A DNA stretch of 64,000 nucleotides from Candidatus Babeliales bacterium (GTDB lineage Bacteria > Babelota > Babeliae > Babelales > JBFXEV01). Below the pieces are notes generated by a model, which was given only the letters and a program-made list of their open reading frames with translations, had not been told where the DNA came from and did no database searches. The stretch is from positions 73,994 through 137,993 of the forward strand of contig JBFXEV010000001.1 in NCBI GenBank assembly GCA_050179755.1. The letters are read 5' to 3'. The position numbers and the translations under genes are program-made. This document shows, piece by piece, positions 30,558-41,112 of the stretch (within the stretch, counting starts at the first letter, position 1; each line of letters begins with the position of its first letter).

Positions 30558-30992
30558 ATGTACAAAAAAAAATATTTTATATTACTCGCACTCGTATTTC
30601 CACAATATCTTTCTGCCATGAACGCCACTAAAAATTATTCAGCAACAATTGAAAACCCAGGCACTGCATTGATAGTGATTCACGCACTACACACAAGCCA
30701 AGAAAAAGCATACATAAAAGTTCAAACCTGGCCGCACGATACAATTGAAATTCACGCGGAAGTAAATACTGCAGATATAGAGCTGCAAGAACGATACTAT
30801 GCTGAAGTCATATTTTATCCATGGCTGCAGGATCAAACCCAAGAAACCATTACCATAAGGCCTACGGTACCTGGAAATTACACTATATATGTGCCAAAAG
30901 GCTCTCTTCTACAAACGCTCAAAGGCCCAGCAATTTTTGAAATATCTGCCGCCCTACGCAAAGCGAGATCTTGCTCAAATTTGAATAAATAG
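30558..30992 (+). CDS. Secreted hypothetical protein
   Basis: GGGAGG RBS; signal peptide ending LSA-M. Confidence 0.7.
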   Translation: MYKKKYFILLALVFPQYLSAMNATKNYSATIENPGTALIVIHALHTSQEKAYIKVQTWPHDTIEIHAEVNTADIELQERYYAEVIFYPWLQDQTQETITIRPTVPGNYTIYVPKGSLLQTLKGPAIFEISAALRKARSCSNLNK

Positions 30993-31054
30993 CCCTTTAA
31001 TGCTATTCTTATAGAGTCTCTTTAGGCTTTTACACAGCACTTTTAAGGATTTTT

Positions 31055-31975
31055 ATGGGCAAAATTTTAATATACTACAAATATACTGATATAGAAGATC
31101 CACACGCCATTATGCAGTGGCAACAAACACTTTGCAAAGAATTAGGCATAACAGGCCGAATCTTATTGGCCAAAGAGGGTATTAATGGCACCGTAGGCGG
31201 CACTGATGAAGCCACAGAGTCCTATAAAAAAGCCATGGCCGAACACCCGCTATTTGCTGATATGCCCATTAAGTCAAGCGAGGGTGGCGCCCATCATTTT
31301 CCTAAATTACGAGTTGCTGTCCGTAATGAAATTGTTACCTTGGGCCTTTCCCCTGATGAAATTAAAGCGACTGGTGAGCGCACGCACCTTTCTCCCGAGC
31401 AAGTACACGAACTTTTAAACAACAAACCAGAAGATTTAGTGATTCTGGATGCTCGCAACACGTATGAGTCTGCGATCGGCGCATTTAAAGACGCAGTGAT
31501 TCCTGATATAGAAAATTTTAGAGACTTTCCTCAATACATTAAAGACAATCTTGATAAGTTCAAAGATAAGCAAGTACTTATGTATTGTACTTCCGGTGTA
31601 CGTTGTGAACGCGCAACTGCCGTTCTTGAGCGAGAAAATGTAGCAAAATCCGTGCATCAAATTACTGGTGGCGTGCAATGTTATGCAGATAAATTTCCCG
31701 AAGGTCATTTCCGTGGTAAAAACTACGTGTTTGACGGCCGAATTGCCATGAAAGTAAATGAGGATGTACTTGGTTCTTGCTATATCTGCGCAAAACCATG
31801 GGACGATTATACCAATTGCCTCAACGTACTCTGTAACCGCCAACATTTAAGCTGCCCAACATGCATTGCAAAGCTTGAAAATACGTGCAGCAAAGAATGC
31901 CAAGAACTGGTAAAAAACGGTCTTGTAGAAATACGCGTAAGTCGCGCTCGAACAGAGCTTAAACATGACACTTAA
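31055..31975 (+). CDS. trhO: Rhodanese-domain tRNA uridine(34) hydroxylase (UPF0176)
   Basis: EGINGT, DARNTYE, YCTSGVRCE, YVFDGR. Confidence 0.88.
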   Translation: MGKILIYYKYTDIEDPHAIMQWQQTLCKELGITGRILLAKEGINGTVGGTDEATESYKKAMAEHPLFADMPIKSSEGGAHHFPKLRVAVRNEIVTLGLSPDEIKATGERTHLSPEQVHELLNNKPEDLVILDARNTYESAIGAFKDAVIPDIENFRDFPQYIKDNLDKFKDKQVLMYCTSGVRCERATAVLERENVAKSVHQITGGVQCYADKFPEGHFRGKNYVFDGRIAMKVNEDVLGSCYICAKPWDDYTNCLNVLCNRQHLSCPTCIAKLENTCSKECQELVKNGLVEIRVSRARTELKHDT

Positions 31976-32960
31976 TACTCAGACCGGTAAAACAAATTCC
32001 CGCTCCACGTTGCCCAATGGCATTCTGCAAAACGTTCCTTTACATGATAAAAATTGGTTTGGCACCGGCGGGCCTGCGCTCTACTTTACTGAGCCAAAAA
32101 CAACAGAGGCTTTTGCACAGGCGCTTTCATTTGCACATGAACATAAGCATGATATTTTTGTGCTTGGCTCTGGCGCCAATATTTTAATTGCTGATGAAGG
32201 CTTTAATGGTTTGGTAATACGTCCGCAATTAACAGGCATATCTCATACACCATGCAAAGATGATCCTGATCATGTTGCAGTAACCGCAGAGGCTGGTGTA
32301 ACCATTGAAAATTTAATTACTTATTGTTTAAAGAATCAACTTGGTGGGCTGGAGGAATTTAGTGGTATTCCAGGTACCGTTGGCGGCGCCATGTACATAA
32401 ACCTGCATTACTTTAAACATTTGCTTGCTCACTTTGTACTTTCTGCCGAAATTATAGAACGATCAACAGGCACTAGAACAATGGTGGAACTGAATTGGTT
32501 TGAGTTTGGCTATGATCACTCACGCCTTTTTGCACAACAAGAATATGTGCTTTCGGCTACTTTTAAGCTTAAAAAAATAACTGAACTTGAAGCTGCATAC
32601 GCACAGGGCAGAGCAGATGAAATAACACGCCATCGCAAACACCGCTATCCTTACCAAGGAACATGTGGAAGCTTTTTCCGCAACTTTCACCCCCATGAAG
32701 TAACGCTTGAAAAAAACGGCAAAAAGGCCATTTGGGTTGCTTTTTATCTTGATAAAATTGGCATTAAAGGCGAACTATCTTATGGTGATGCTGTTGTTTC
32801 ACACCAACACGCAAATATGATTGTAAATCAAGGAAATGCCACAAGTACTAATATTGTGCAGCTCGCGCGGCGCATGCAAGAGCTTACCCGTGAAAACTTT
32901 GGCATAACTCCACAACCTGAATGCCAACTTATTGGCTTTAGCTCCTATCCATTACATTAA
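31965..32960 (+). CDS. murB: UDP-N-acetylmuramate dehydrogenase
   Basis: GGPA, LGSGANIL, GIPGTVGGA, GSFFRN, HAN. Confidence 0.93.
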   Translation: MTLNTQTGKTNSRSTLPNGILQNVPLHDKNWFGTGGPALYFTEPKTTEAFAQALSFAHEHKHDIFVLGSGANILIADEGFNGLVIRPQLTGISHTPCKDDPDHVAVTAEAGVTIENLITYCLKNQLGGLEEFSGIPGTVGGAMYINLHYFKHLLAHFVLSAEIIERSTGTRTMVELNWFEFGYDHSRLFAQQEYVLSATFKLKKITELEAAYAQGRADEITRHRKHRYPYQGTCGSFFRNFHPHEVTLEKNGKKAIWVAFYLDKIGIKGELSYGDAVVSHQHANMIVNQGNATSTNIVQLARRMQELTRENFGITPQPECQLIGFSSYPLH

Positions 32961-32976
32961 TTTTTGATAGCAACGC

Positions 32977-33648
32977 ATGATAAACGAACTCTTATTTATT
33001 ATCCATATTGCGCTTATAAGCATTTGTTTATTAGGCGCATTACGCTTTGGCAAAGAAGCGCTTATTGCGCTCATAACGCTCTATTGCATCCTTGCAAATA
33101 GCTTTGTTCTCAAACAAATGACTATTTGTTCCTTCCAGGTTACCTGCACTGATGCATTTATGGTAGGTACCGTATTGGGCCTTAATTTGCTGCAAGAATA
33201 CTTTGGCAAACCAATTGCGCGTAAGGCAATCGCAATAAGCTTTGCAGCATCAATTCTTTATGCTCTGTTGGGGATACTCCATATTTGCTATGCACCCAGC
33301 GCATATGATATGTATCATGCATCGTATGTTGCATTGCTTACGCCAGTTCCCCGTATAGTACTTGCCTCACTTTTTGTATACTTGCTTGTGCAAATTACCG
33401 ATTATTATATTTTTGGAGCACTCAAAAAAATCTTTGGCTCTCGCTATTTGATAGCACGCTTATGGATCACCATAGCACTTACACAACTACTTGATACGGT
33501 ACTTTTTAGTTTTCTTGGGCTCTATGGCATTGTTGATAATATAAGCCAATTAATCATAGTCAGTTATACCATTAAAATGCTCGTACTTGTTGGTTCCACG
33601 CCCTTTATGGCATTAAGTAAAAAAATTGTTAAGGAACCAATCACGTGA
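32977..33648 (+). CDS. yhhQ: Queuosine precursor transporter (YhhQ/Vut_1)
   Basis: ANSFVLK, QEYFG, RIVLAS, QLLDT; overlaps tgt start. Confidence 0.85.
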   Translation: MINELLFIIHIALISICLLGALRFGKEALIALITLYCILANSFVLKQMTICSFQVTCTDAFMVGTVLGLNLLQEYFGKPIARKAIAISFAASILYALLGILHICYAPSAYDMYHASYVALLTPVPRIVLASLFVYLLVQITDYYIFGALKKIFGSRYLIARLWITIALTQLLDTVLFSFLGLYGIVDNISQLIIVSYTIKMLVLVGSTPFMALSKKIVKEPIT

Positions 33649-34775
33649 CATACTTTAAATTTGAAATACTCCATCAATCAAAAAAATCACGCGCACGTGT
33701 TGGCAAGATTCATACACCTCACGGCATCATTGATACGCCTAACTTTGTGCCTGTGGGCACCAATGGTTCATTAAAAGCTACTGATAGCACTCTTGCTGAT
33801 CAACTTGGCGTTCAGCTTATGTTTTGTAATACGTATCACTTAATGTTGCATCCAGGAACCGAAACAGTAAAAAATGCTGGCGGATTGCACAACTTTATTA
33901 ACCGTAAAAACCCAATCATTACCGATTCCGGTGGCTTTCAAGTATTTAGCTTGGCCTATGGTACAGTAAAAGATGAACTGAAAAGTAAGGGTAAAACACA
34001 GCACAATAACTCGGTATTAAAAATAACTGAAGACGGCGTGCTATTCCGCTCATACCGCGATGGTGCTCCTCTATTGCTAACCCCAGAAACTTCTGTGCAA
34101 GCACAAAAGGCACTGGGTGCCGATATTATTATTCCGTTTGATGAATTACCACCATATCATATTGACCCTAAAACACTGCAAAAATCTCTTGAACGCACAC
34201 ACCGTTGGGAAACACGCTCTCTAGAAGAACATAAACGTAACCCGCAGCAACAGGCCATGTATGCAGTAATTCATGGGGGTATTGATCCGGAAATGCGCGC
34301 AAAAAGCTGCGCTTATTTGAGCGGGCTTGATTTTGATGGCTATGCAATTGGTGGAAGCGTTGGCAAAAATCGCACTGAAATGATACACATGCTTGGCGAT
34401 CTTATGCCACGCATTGCTCCCGAAAAACCCACTCACTTGCTTGGCATTGGGGATTTGCCCTCATTAGAGGCAAGCGTGCCACTTGGTATTGATACGTTTG
34501 ATAGTTCACACCCTACACGTTGTGCGCGCCATGGTCATTTATTCACCAAACAAGGTACGGTTAATATTGTTCAAAGCAAATACAAACAAGCCTTTGAGCC
34601 CATTGAGCACGATTGCACGTGCCCCACATGCTCACACTATACCAAAGCATATATTCATCATTTATTTAAAGCTGGCGAATTAACAGGATATACTTTGGCA
34701 ACCATACATAACGTTCATTTTATGGTACAGCTCATGCAGCACTATCGCACACAGATTCTTAATAATGAAATTTAA
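33645..34775 (+). CDS. tgt: tRNA-guanine transglycosylase
   Basis: TPNFVPVGT, NTYHL, TDSGGFQ, CTCPTC, HN. Confidence 0.96.
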   Translation: MTYFKFEILHQSKKSRARVGKIHTPHGIIDTPNFVPVGTNGSLKATDSTLADQLGVQLMFCNTYHLMLHPGTETVKNAGGLHNFINRKNPIITDSGGFQVFSLAYGTVKDELKSKGKTQHNNSVLKITEDGVLFRSYRDGAPLLLTPETSVQAQKALGADIIIPFDELPPYHIDPKTLQKSLERTHRWETRSLEEHKRNPQQQAMYAVIHGGIDPEMRAKSCAYLSGLDFDGYAIGGSVGKNRTEMIHMLGDLMPRIAPEKPTHLLGIGDLPSLEASVPLGIDTFDSSHPTRCARHGHLFTKQGTVNIVQSKYKQAFEPIEHDCTCPTCSHYTKAYIHHLFKAGELTGYTLATIHNVHFMVQLMQHYRTQILNNEI

Positions 34776-34866
34776 ATATCCTTTTGTAAATTAGGGCGCG
34801 ATGCAGCATAAGATTGAATCAAATAAAACAAAACGTTAAACTCTTATTATTACTTGAGGTCTCATT

Positions 34867-36930
34867 TTGTTAAAACAACTCATTATAACCTTTTTTTTGG
34901 CTAACATTTGCTCATTATGGTGCATGGACCGATCGCTACAAAACCTTGCCCCGCATGATCCAGAACTTGCTGCACTACACGAAAAATCTTTAAAAGGGTT
35001 TAAGGGACCAACTACGCAAGATATGCATCTTTTACAAAATGCTATTACATATTTTGAATCAAGAGAACACCCTAAGCGAGAATTCTGGTTGCGCCAATGT
35101 GAAGCTGCCAAGACAATCATTGCTCATTATGAACCTGAAATAAAAACTGCATTTATAGCTCTACTCACTCAAGAACGAGAACAACCAGATAGTGCACATT
35201 GGGAACAAATTCAAAAAGTACTGCCCTTGGATAAATCCATTGAACTGCATCCTGATAAACGGCTGGTAAAAAAACTAATTGCTTTAGCCCATGACGAGAA
35301 ACAATCATATGCAAAATGGGTTGAAATCATCACACCAAAACCCGTTCAAAACCCAACTAAAGTTGTTTCTAAAAAAGGATCAGTTTTAAAAAAGGGGAGA
35401 ATAAATAGAATAAATAAAGGAACGAAAAAAAAGGAAAAGGTAGCAAAGCTCTCTCAGCAAAGCGATGCAAAAAAACAACAAGAGGAAGCCACTCAAAAAT
35501 TTTGGGCAGCAGTAACTAGTAAGCAAACTGGACAAGCAATTCAATTACTCCATGCCCACAAACTTAATGTAAATATGCGCCACAAACCGCTCAAGCATAC
35601 AGCTTTGCAAATGGCTGTAATGGGGGAAGATGCACCAACATGTGCAGCTTTGCTTACAGCTGGGGCAAACCCTGACGCACGCTGCCCTATGGTTCTTCCT
35701 ACAAGAAATACTCCCTTTGAAATGCCCACACTTGGCCTTGCAATACAAACAGGCTCTGTGGAAATTGTTGTGATGCTTCTTGAAGCAAAAGCAGATCCCA
35801 ATAACTTAATTATATATCAAACTAAACCAACACAGTACGAACATCTTCTCTGTCTTGCGGCAACACCAATAGGTGAAGGTGAAACCAAATATACGCCAGA
35901 AGCTCAAGAAAAAATAATCCGCTGTTTATTACTTTTTGGAGCTCTGACTCCGTGCAAAAAAATAATATTATATGATGATGTGGGCAAAAGATATACCCCC
36001 ATAGATTTAACAAATGAAAAACATAGAAAAGCTTTACCACTTATGCTACTTGCTACCAAAAAAATTAATTGCCTGAGCCAGGTTATTCAACTTATGGCAG
36101 AACCTGAAAAATTAAGTAGTCTGTTAGCTTTAGAAAGTAAAGATACTCCAACAACTGAACAAATTATCCATGCACTATGGCACGCACTACATGCAAATGA
36201 TGAAATAATCGTCCGCAGTTTACTAACACAAATAAAAGATCCTCGAGATTTAACTAGTTCAGCAAATAAAGCACCAGGCATGCTTCATTATTGTGTGACT
36301 GCTGGTAACAGGAATTTATGCAATTTATTGCTTGATCACGGAGCCGATCCAAATCGCGCGATTGAGCTACAAATGACCGATGAAGATAGCAAACCATATA
36401 CCATTTTAATCACACCACTTATGGCAGCCATTGTTCACGCAAATGTGGAGCTTGCAAAACAATTAATAGATCGTAATGCTGATCCCAACCTACTAATCGA
36501 ACAACCAGAGGGTGAAACGGAATATCCATTATGCGTTGCCGTAGGAGCTTTAGTAAAACAAACCACTAAATCCAGTGCAAAGCGCAAACGCATGCTTGCA
36601 ATGCTCTTAAGAAATGGTGCCACGTGCTTTAATGGCCAGATAGTGCTTGAAAATACCGCTATGAATACCAGCTACGTTCTTGACCCTAGTAATCCTGATG
36701 ATCAACAACGTATTCAATTACTGCTCAATGCTCCTGACGAAATTGTTGCTAACATGCTTGAATGCCAAGAAGACACTATAATTTTTAAAGTCTCTTTTTC
36801 GGAGCAGGAGTTAAACGATCTAAGTGACGATATTGAATTTAGTGACAGCGCTGAAAATAATGTTGATATTAGCAGCTCAGATCAAGAAGTTATTGTTACA
36901 CGAGATGAAGAAATTGAGGAACATGAATAA
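34867..36930 (+). CDS. Large ankyrin repeat protein with signal peptide
   Basis: HTALQMAV..LLTAGANPD, LLEAKADPN, LLDHGADPN, TPLMAAI; acidic tail. Confidence 0.88.
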   Translation: MLKQLIITFFLANICSLWCMDRSLQNLAPHDPELAALHEKSLKGFKGPTTQDMHLLQNAITYFESREHPKREFWLRQCEAAKTIIAHYEPEIKTAFIALLTQEREQPDSAHWEQIQKVLPLDKSIELHPDKRLVKKLIALAHDEKQSYAKWVEIITPKPVQNPTKVVSKKGSVLKKGRINRINKGTKKKEKVAKLSQQSDAKKQQEEATQKFWAAVTSKQTGQAIQLLHAHKLNVNMRHKPLKHTALQMAVMGEDAPTCAALLTAGANPDARCPMVLPTRNTPFEMPTLGLAIQTGSVEIVVMLLEAKADPNNLIIYQTKPTQYEHLLCLAATPIGEGETKYTPEAQEKIIRCLLLFGALTPCKKIILYDDVGKRYTPIDLTNEKHRKALPLMLLATKKINCLSQVIQLMAEPEKLSSLLALESKDTPTTEQIIHALWHALHANDEIIVRSLLTQIKDPRDLTSSANKAPGMLHYCVTAGNRNLCNLLLDHGADPNRAIELQMTDEDSKPYTILITPLMAAIVHANVELAKQLIDRNADPNLLIEQPEGETEYPLCVAVGALVKQTTKSSAKRKRMLAMLLRNGATCFNGQIVLENTAMNTSYVLDPSNPDDQQRIQLLLNAPDEIVANMLECQEDTIIFKVSFSEQELNDLSDDIEFSDSAENNVDISSSDQEVIVTRDEEIEEHE

Positions 36931-37676
36931 TGCTTACATCTACTGCAAATCCTCTCATTAAACAAATTACTGCCTTACACAGTGCAAAAGGGCGACAAAA
37001 ACAACGGCGTTGTATAGCAGAAGGCATGCGCACACTTGAAACAATGATTCGTGCAGGATGGCGCGCAGACCATATCTATGCCACAAGTACACTCTATCAT
37101 GACGCCATTGATAAGTTTCAAAATATACCTATTACTGCAGTTTCTGACACGGTTATGAACAAGATAAGTGCGGCTACCACACCAAGTGGCATTCTTGGCG
37201 TGTTTCCATTGCCCGGCATTCCTGACCCTAAAAAGTTATCAGCAGGCATAGTACTTGCAGGCATTGCTGATCCTGGCAACATGGGCACACTCATACGCTC
37301 CTGTGCAGCGTTTGATAAACATTCGGTAGTAGTAATTGAGGGGTGTGACCCCTTTGCACCCAAAGTAATTCAATCTACTGCAGGCACCATTGCTCACGTA
37401 ACCATTTTTGAATGGACGTGGCAAGAACTTTTGCAACATAAAGGATCACTTGAACTTATTTGCTTGGTAAGCGCAGGAGGCATGCCGCCGGAACAACTCA
37501 AAATCACTGAAGGGCTGTTGGTGATTGGCAGCGAAGCCCATGGAGTTCCTCCCTTATGGCAAGCTGACTGCGAGCACAAGGTTACTATTCCTATGCCAGG
37601 GGGCACAGAGAGCCTTAATGCAGGAGTTGCAGGTTCGATAGGCCTCTATGCACTCTGGACTGGTAGAAAATATTAG
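36930..37676 (+). CDS. TrmH/SpoU family RNA methyltransferase
   Basis: DPGNMGTLIRS, GSEAHGV, IPM..ESLNAG. Confidence 0.92.
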   Translation: MLTSTANPLIKQITALHSAKGRQKQRRCIAEGMRTLETMIRAGWRADHIYATSTLYHDAIDKFQNIPITAVSDTVMNKISAATTPSGILGVFPLPGIPDPKKLSAGIVLAGIADPGNMGTLIRSCAAFDKHSVVVIEGCDPFAPKVIQSTAGTIAHVTIFEWTWQELLQHKGSLELICLVSAGGMPPEQLKITEGLLVIGSEAHGVPPLWQADCEHKVTIPMPGGTESLNAGVAGSIGLYALWTGRKY

Positions 37677-37773
37677 TTAAAACTATTTATTTTTTAGTTA
37701 CAAATATGGTATTCTTTAAGTAGAGAAACCTGCCGTAAAAGCAGGGAAGTTAATACTAAAAAAAGGAAATATC

Positions 37774-38391
37774 ATGAAAAAACTATTACTTACTGGTTTA
37801 TTACTAGGAGTTGCCGGTGCTAACGCCAATTTGGATATCATGAATAAAACTGACCAACCACTCTATTTTGAGTTAGGTACCGAAGCAAATCCACCAACAG
37901 GTAAGAATCTTAAAGACTTAAAAGCTGCTAGTAAAGAAGATGCAAGCTTAGTGGGCCGCTTGAAATCAGCAGGCAAATACTTTGGTTCAAAAACAATCGG
38001 CTTAGAACAAGAAGGTTCGTTTTATGAAACAAACGTAGACACTAATAACAAAGTACTTATTTTACTTTCAACTACTAAGAACTTAATCCCTGGACATCCA
38101 GTTACACTTGTTACAGTAAACCCCGAGGGCAGAAATGTATTTCTTCGCATTAAAAGAGACCCATCGGGTATAGCTTTATTTGCAGGAAGCCCCAACAAAT
38201 ATTTAGTTGGCCCGCAAACTGGCCCTGTTGGTGGCTGGACTGGTTATACAGAGCGCGGCAAACCGCTTGCTAATATCATAAGGCAGGATGACATTACCGT
38301 TAATCCAAATTATGACGTAAATGCACCAGCGCAGCAGCAGCAACTTAAGGGAACATTGCAAGAACTTGGCATCGGTGCTGATATTGAATAA
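37774..38391 (+). CDS. Secreted hypothetical protein, paralog 1
   Basis: Signal peptide; PLYFELGTEANPP, DPSGIALFA, GPQTGP shared with next gene. Confidence 0.8.
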   Translation: MKKLLLTGLLLGVAGANANLDIMNKTDQPLYFELGTEANPPTGKNLKDLKAASKEDASLVGRLKSAGKYFGSKTIGLEQEGSFYETNVDTNNKVLILLSTTKNLIPGHPVTLVTVNPEGRNVFLRIKRDPSGIALFAGSPNKYLVGPQTGPVGGWTGYTERGKPLANIIRQDDITVNPNYDVNAPAQQQQLKGTLQELGIGADIE

Positions 38392-38416
38392 CCACCATTA
38401 GTTATTGAAAATAACT

Positions 38417-38446
38417 CAAGAGGGGGAGAACAATACTCCCCTCTTG
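38417..38446 (+). terminator. Hairpin between the two paralogs
   Basis: caagaggggg..ctcccctcttg followed by tatttt. Confidence 0.55.
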
Positions 38447-38467
38447 TATTTTAAAAAAGGAAACATC

Positions 38468-39118
38468 ATGAAAAAATCATTATTCATACTAGCACTCGTA
38501 AGCACTGCAAGCGCGTTTGCAACAGAAGACATAAACTTTGATATCGCAAACTACACCACCGAACCACTCTACTTTGAAGTTGGCACAGAAGCAAATCCGC
38601 CAAAGGGATGGGATCTTAAATTACTCAATGCATCAAAAAAACAAGGAATAGGCACATTAGGCCGTCTTTTTAACTTTGTTCGTTATAGCATCACCAAAGC
38701 ACCAAGCACTGAAGATAAAGGAACATTTTATCAAGGTCACGTAAACAATCAAAGCAAAGTACTTATTCTACTTTCCCGCACACCAAACATTAAAGAAGGA
38801 TCATCAGTAACAATGCTTACAATCAATCCTCAAAAGCATATTATTATACGGGTGAAAGAAGATCCTACAGGCATCGCATTATTTGCAAATGATAAGCGCA
38901 CCTATATAGCAGGGCCACAAACTGGGCCTCTGCAAGGTAAATTGGGCTATAATGATAGAATCTTGCCACTGGAAAAGAATGTACAAACAAGCGACATTCA
39001 AATTAACACTAACTACGTTATCAAAGATAAAGATTTAAGTCCAAAAGAAAAAGATCTGTTGCGCCATAAAGAATTCAAAGGCGTAACTGGCGAGCAAATT
39101 ACTGTTGAGCCTTTCTAA
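38468..39118 (+). CDS. Secreted hypothetical protein, paralog 2
   Basis: Same aaaaaggaaa-Y-atcATGAAAAAA start context; PLYFEVGTEANPP, GPQTGP. Confidence 0.8.
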   Translation: MKKSLFILALVSTASAFATEDINFDIANYTTEPLYFEVGTEANPPKGWDLKLLNASKKQGIGTLGRLFNFVRYSITKAPSTEDKGTFYQGHVNNQSKVLILLSRTPNIKEGSSVTMLTINPQKHIIIRVKEDPTGIALFANDKRTYIAGPQTGPLQGKLGYNDRILPLEKNVQTSDIQINTNYVIKDKDLSPKEKDLLRHKEFKGVTGEQITVEPF

Positions 39119-39340
39119 TTTTTTCTTAAAACCTCTTATCAAAAATACGTGTGGCTCATTTAAATGGGCCACATTTTATTAAACTATTTAATTTAATAAT
39201 TCTATTATGATATTATGTAATTAGAATATGAATAAACAAACAGCCTTCGATGCACGTAATTAAGATCAAATAGAAAAATTACATCCAAACACCACAACCA
39301 ACCTACTAAGGGCCCTTTCACCACACGGGGCCCTTTTCAT

Positions 39341-40072
39341 TTATAGGGGCAGAGCCTTAGAACAAAATTGTAATTGTTCTTGCTCAATATGCATAGCAAG
39401 CATATCCTGCGCAATTTTCAGGCGGTCACTTGGACGCGGATGAGTAGCACACATATCGTCTCCATAACGCTCAATCAGCTCTTTAAAAAAACAAATCGCG
39501 CCTTTGGTATAATGTAGGCTCTTAAGCATAGCATTAATATCTGCTCTAAATTCTGTAGATCGAGCAAACATATGCATGCATTTTTTTTGGACTTTATCTT
39601 TATAATCCACTAAATTGCTCAAAGCGCTTTCAAGCGAATGATCTTTAAACTTACAATGAATTAATTCATGCGCAATAACAAATCGTTGCGCTTCTGGAGA
39701 AAAGCTAGTTAAATTCTCTTCATCAAGATATATAGTGTAATCATCCGCAGCAGCTGGCGAACCCTGCCCATTAAACGGCACCAGAGAAATTGAGTCTCGA
39801 TCAAGCGCAAAATCTTGCACTATTTCATGCACCAGCGCCATAGTTTCTTGGCTAATCGGCGCAAACTGTTTGGCCTTACGTTTATTACTTTTTTCGGCTG
39901 CAAGCTTAAATTTTGCACCAAATTCACCTAAAAATTCAGTGCAATCTGCAGGCGTGATCCCTGCATAAATCTCAAGCTGTTGCCACGTATCTGCCATGAG
40001 GAGCTCTGCGTAACAAGTAAAATAGTCAGGCGATAATGATTGGAATGCGATTTGCGGATTTGGGTAATTCAT
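39341..40072 (-). CDS. M48-like zinc metallopeptidase, no N-terminal anchor
   Basis: FVIAHELIH, EFRAD, THPRPSDR. Confidence 0.85.
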   Translation of the reverse strand: MNYPNPQIAFQSLSPDYFTCYAELLMADTWQQLEIYAGITPADCTEFLGEFGAKFKLAAEKSNKRKAKQFAPISQETMALVHEIVQDFALDRDSISLVPFNGQGSPAAADDYTIYLDEENLTSFSPEAQRFVIAHELIHCKFKDHSLESALSNLVDYKDKVQKKCMHMFARSTEFRADINAMLKSLHYTKGAICFFKELIERYGDDMCATHPRPSDRLKIAQDMLAMHIEQEQLQFCSKALPL

Positions 40073-40207
40073 ATGCTGCTGTGAGTGCTTATGTAGGTAT
40101 ATCTAGTATGAAATTGCCCTTCAGTGTAACCTATCCAATTAAAAAGTAAAATTTCAGCCCACAGCCCCTTCTAGATAGCCCTATTAATCAGCAAAATGCC
40201 ACAATTA

Positions 40208-40235
40208 TTGACAAATAGGATTTTGCAAGTATACT
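40208..40235 (+). promoter_or_regulatory. Sigma70-type promoter
   Basis: TTGACA-N16-TATACT upstream of 40271. Confidence 0.65.
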
Positions 40236-40270
40236 GTCTATAACTAATCTACATGCTATTGGAGGTGGCC

Positions 40271-41098
40271 ATGATTAATAAATTCAGAAATTACTTATTC
40301 TTAAGCTTGGGCGCTCTTGCGCTTGGAGCATTTCTATTTACTTTTAAATGCTTATTTTACTCAAGCAATGAGCCTCATCAAGCTAATGTTGCTACTGACG
40401 ATACTGCGCAAAAACTTTGCCCCGAGCAATTCCTTAAGCACGTAGACACACTCATGACAAATACCTGGGATCAATTTAAGAACACCAGCAATGTAACCAT
40501 GCAAGATTGCCATCATTTTTTAAAAGAACATGGGAACACCATTAAAGAAAATGCTGAAAAAGCAAGAGCAACTAAAGCAAAGATGTGTAAACCCCTGCAG
40601 CAAGACACGATTTCTTTAGTACAGGGAATTCTTAAAGATTTTAATATACAACCAAACAATATTAAAATAGTTCCCTATAATGGGAAAGGATCACCTGCCG
40701 CCGCAGATGATTACACCATGTACATTGATGAGGAACTTCTAGGCACATTCTCTCCTCAAGCACAACAATTTATTATTGCGCATGAAATATCTCACTATAC
40801 GCATAAAGATTATACAATGGAAAGCGCTCTTCTTAATCTGGTAGATGATAAATCTCAAAAAGACAAACATTGCCTGAATGCGTTTGCACAATTTACAGAA
40901 TCAAGAGCAGATATCGTAGCCATGCTCAAAGATAAAAAATACGCAACCGCTGGTATACATTTTTTTAATGAATTAATTGCACGTTATGGCAATGAACCAT
41001 GCCATAGCCATCCGCTCTCAAGCGATCGCCTAAAAATCGCACAAGAAATAACAGCTATGCACACAGCACAAGAACAAAACAAAGTACAAACGGCATAA
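40271..41098 (+). CDS. M48-like zinc metallopeptidase, N-terminal TM
   Basis: GGAGG RBS; FIIAHEISH, ESRAD, SHPLSSDR. Confidence 0.85.
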   Translation: MINKFRNYLFLSLGALALGAFLFTFKCLFYSSNEPHQANVATDDTAQKLCPEQFLKHVDTLMTNTWDQFKNTSNVTMQDCHHFLKEHGNTIKENAEKARATKAKMCKPLQQDTISLVQGILKDFNIQPNNIKIVPYNGKGSPAAADDYTMYIDEELLGTFSPQAQQFIIAHEISHYTHKDYTMESALLNLVDDKSQKDKHCLNAFAQFTESRADIVAMLKDKKYATAGIHFFNELIARYGNEPCHSHPLSSDRLKIAQEITAMHTAQEQNKVQTA

Positions 41099-41112
41099 AA
41101 CGAGACTGCGCT

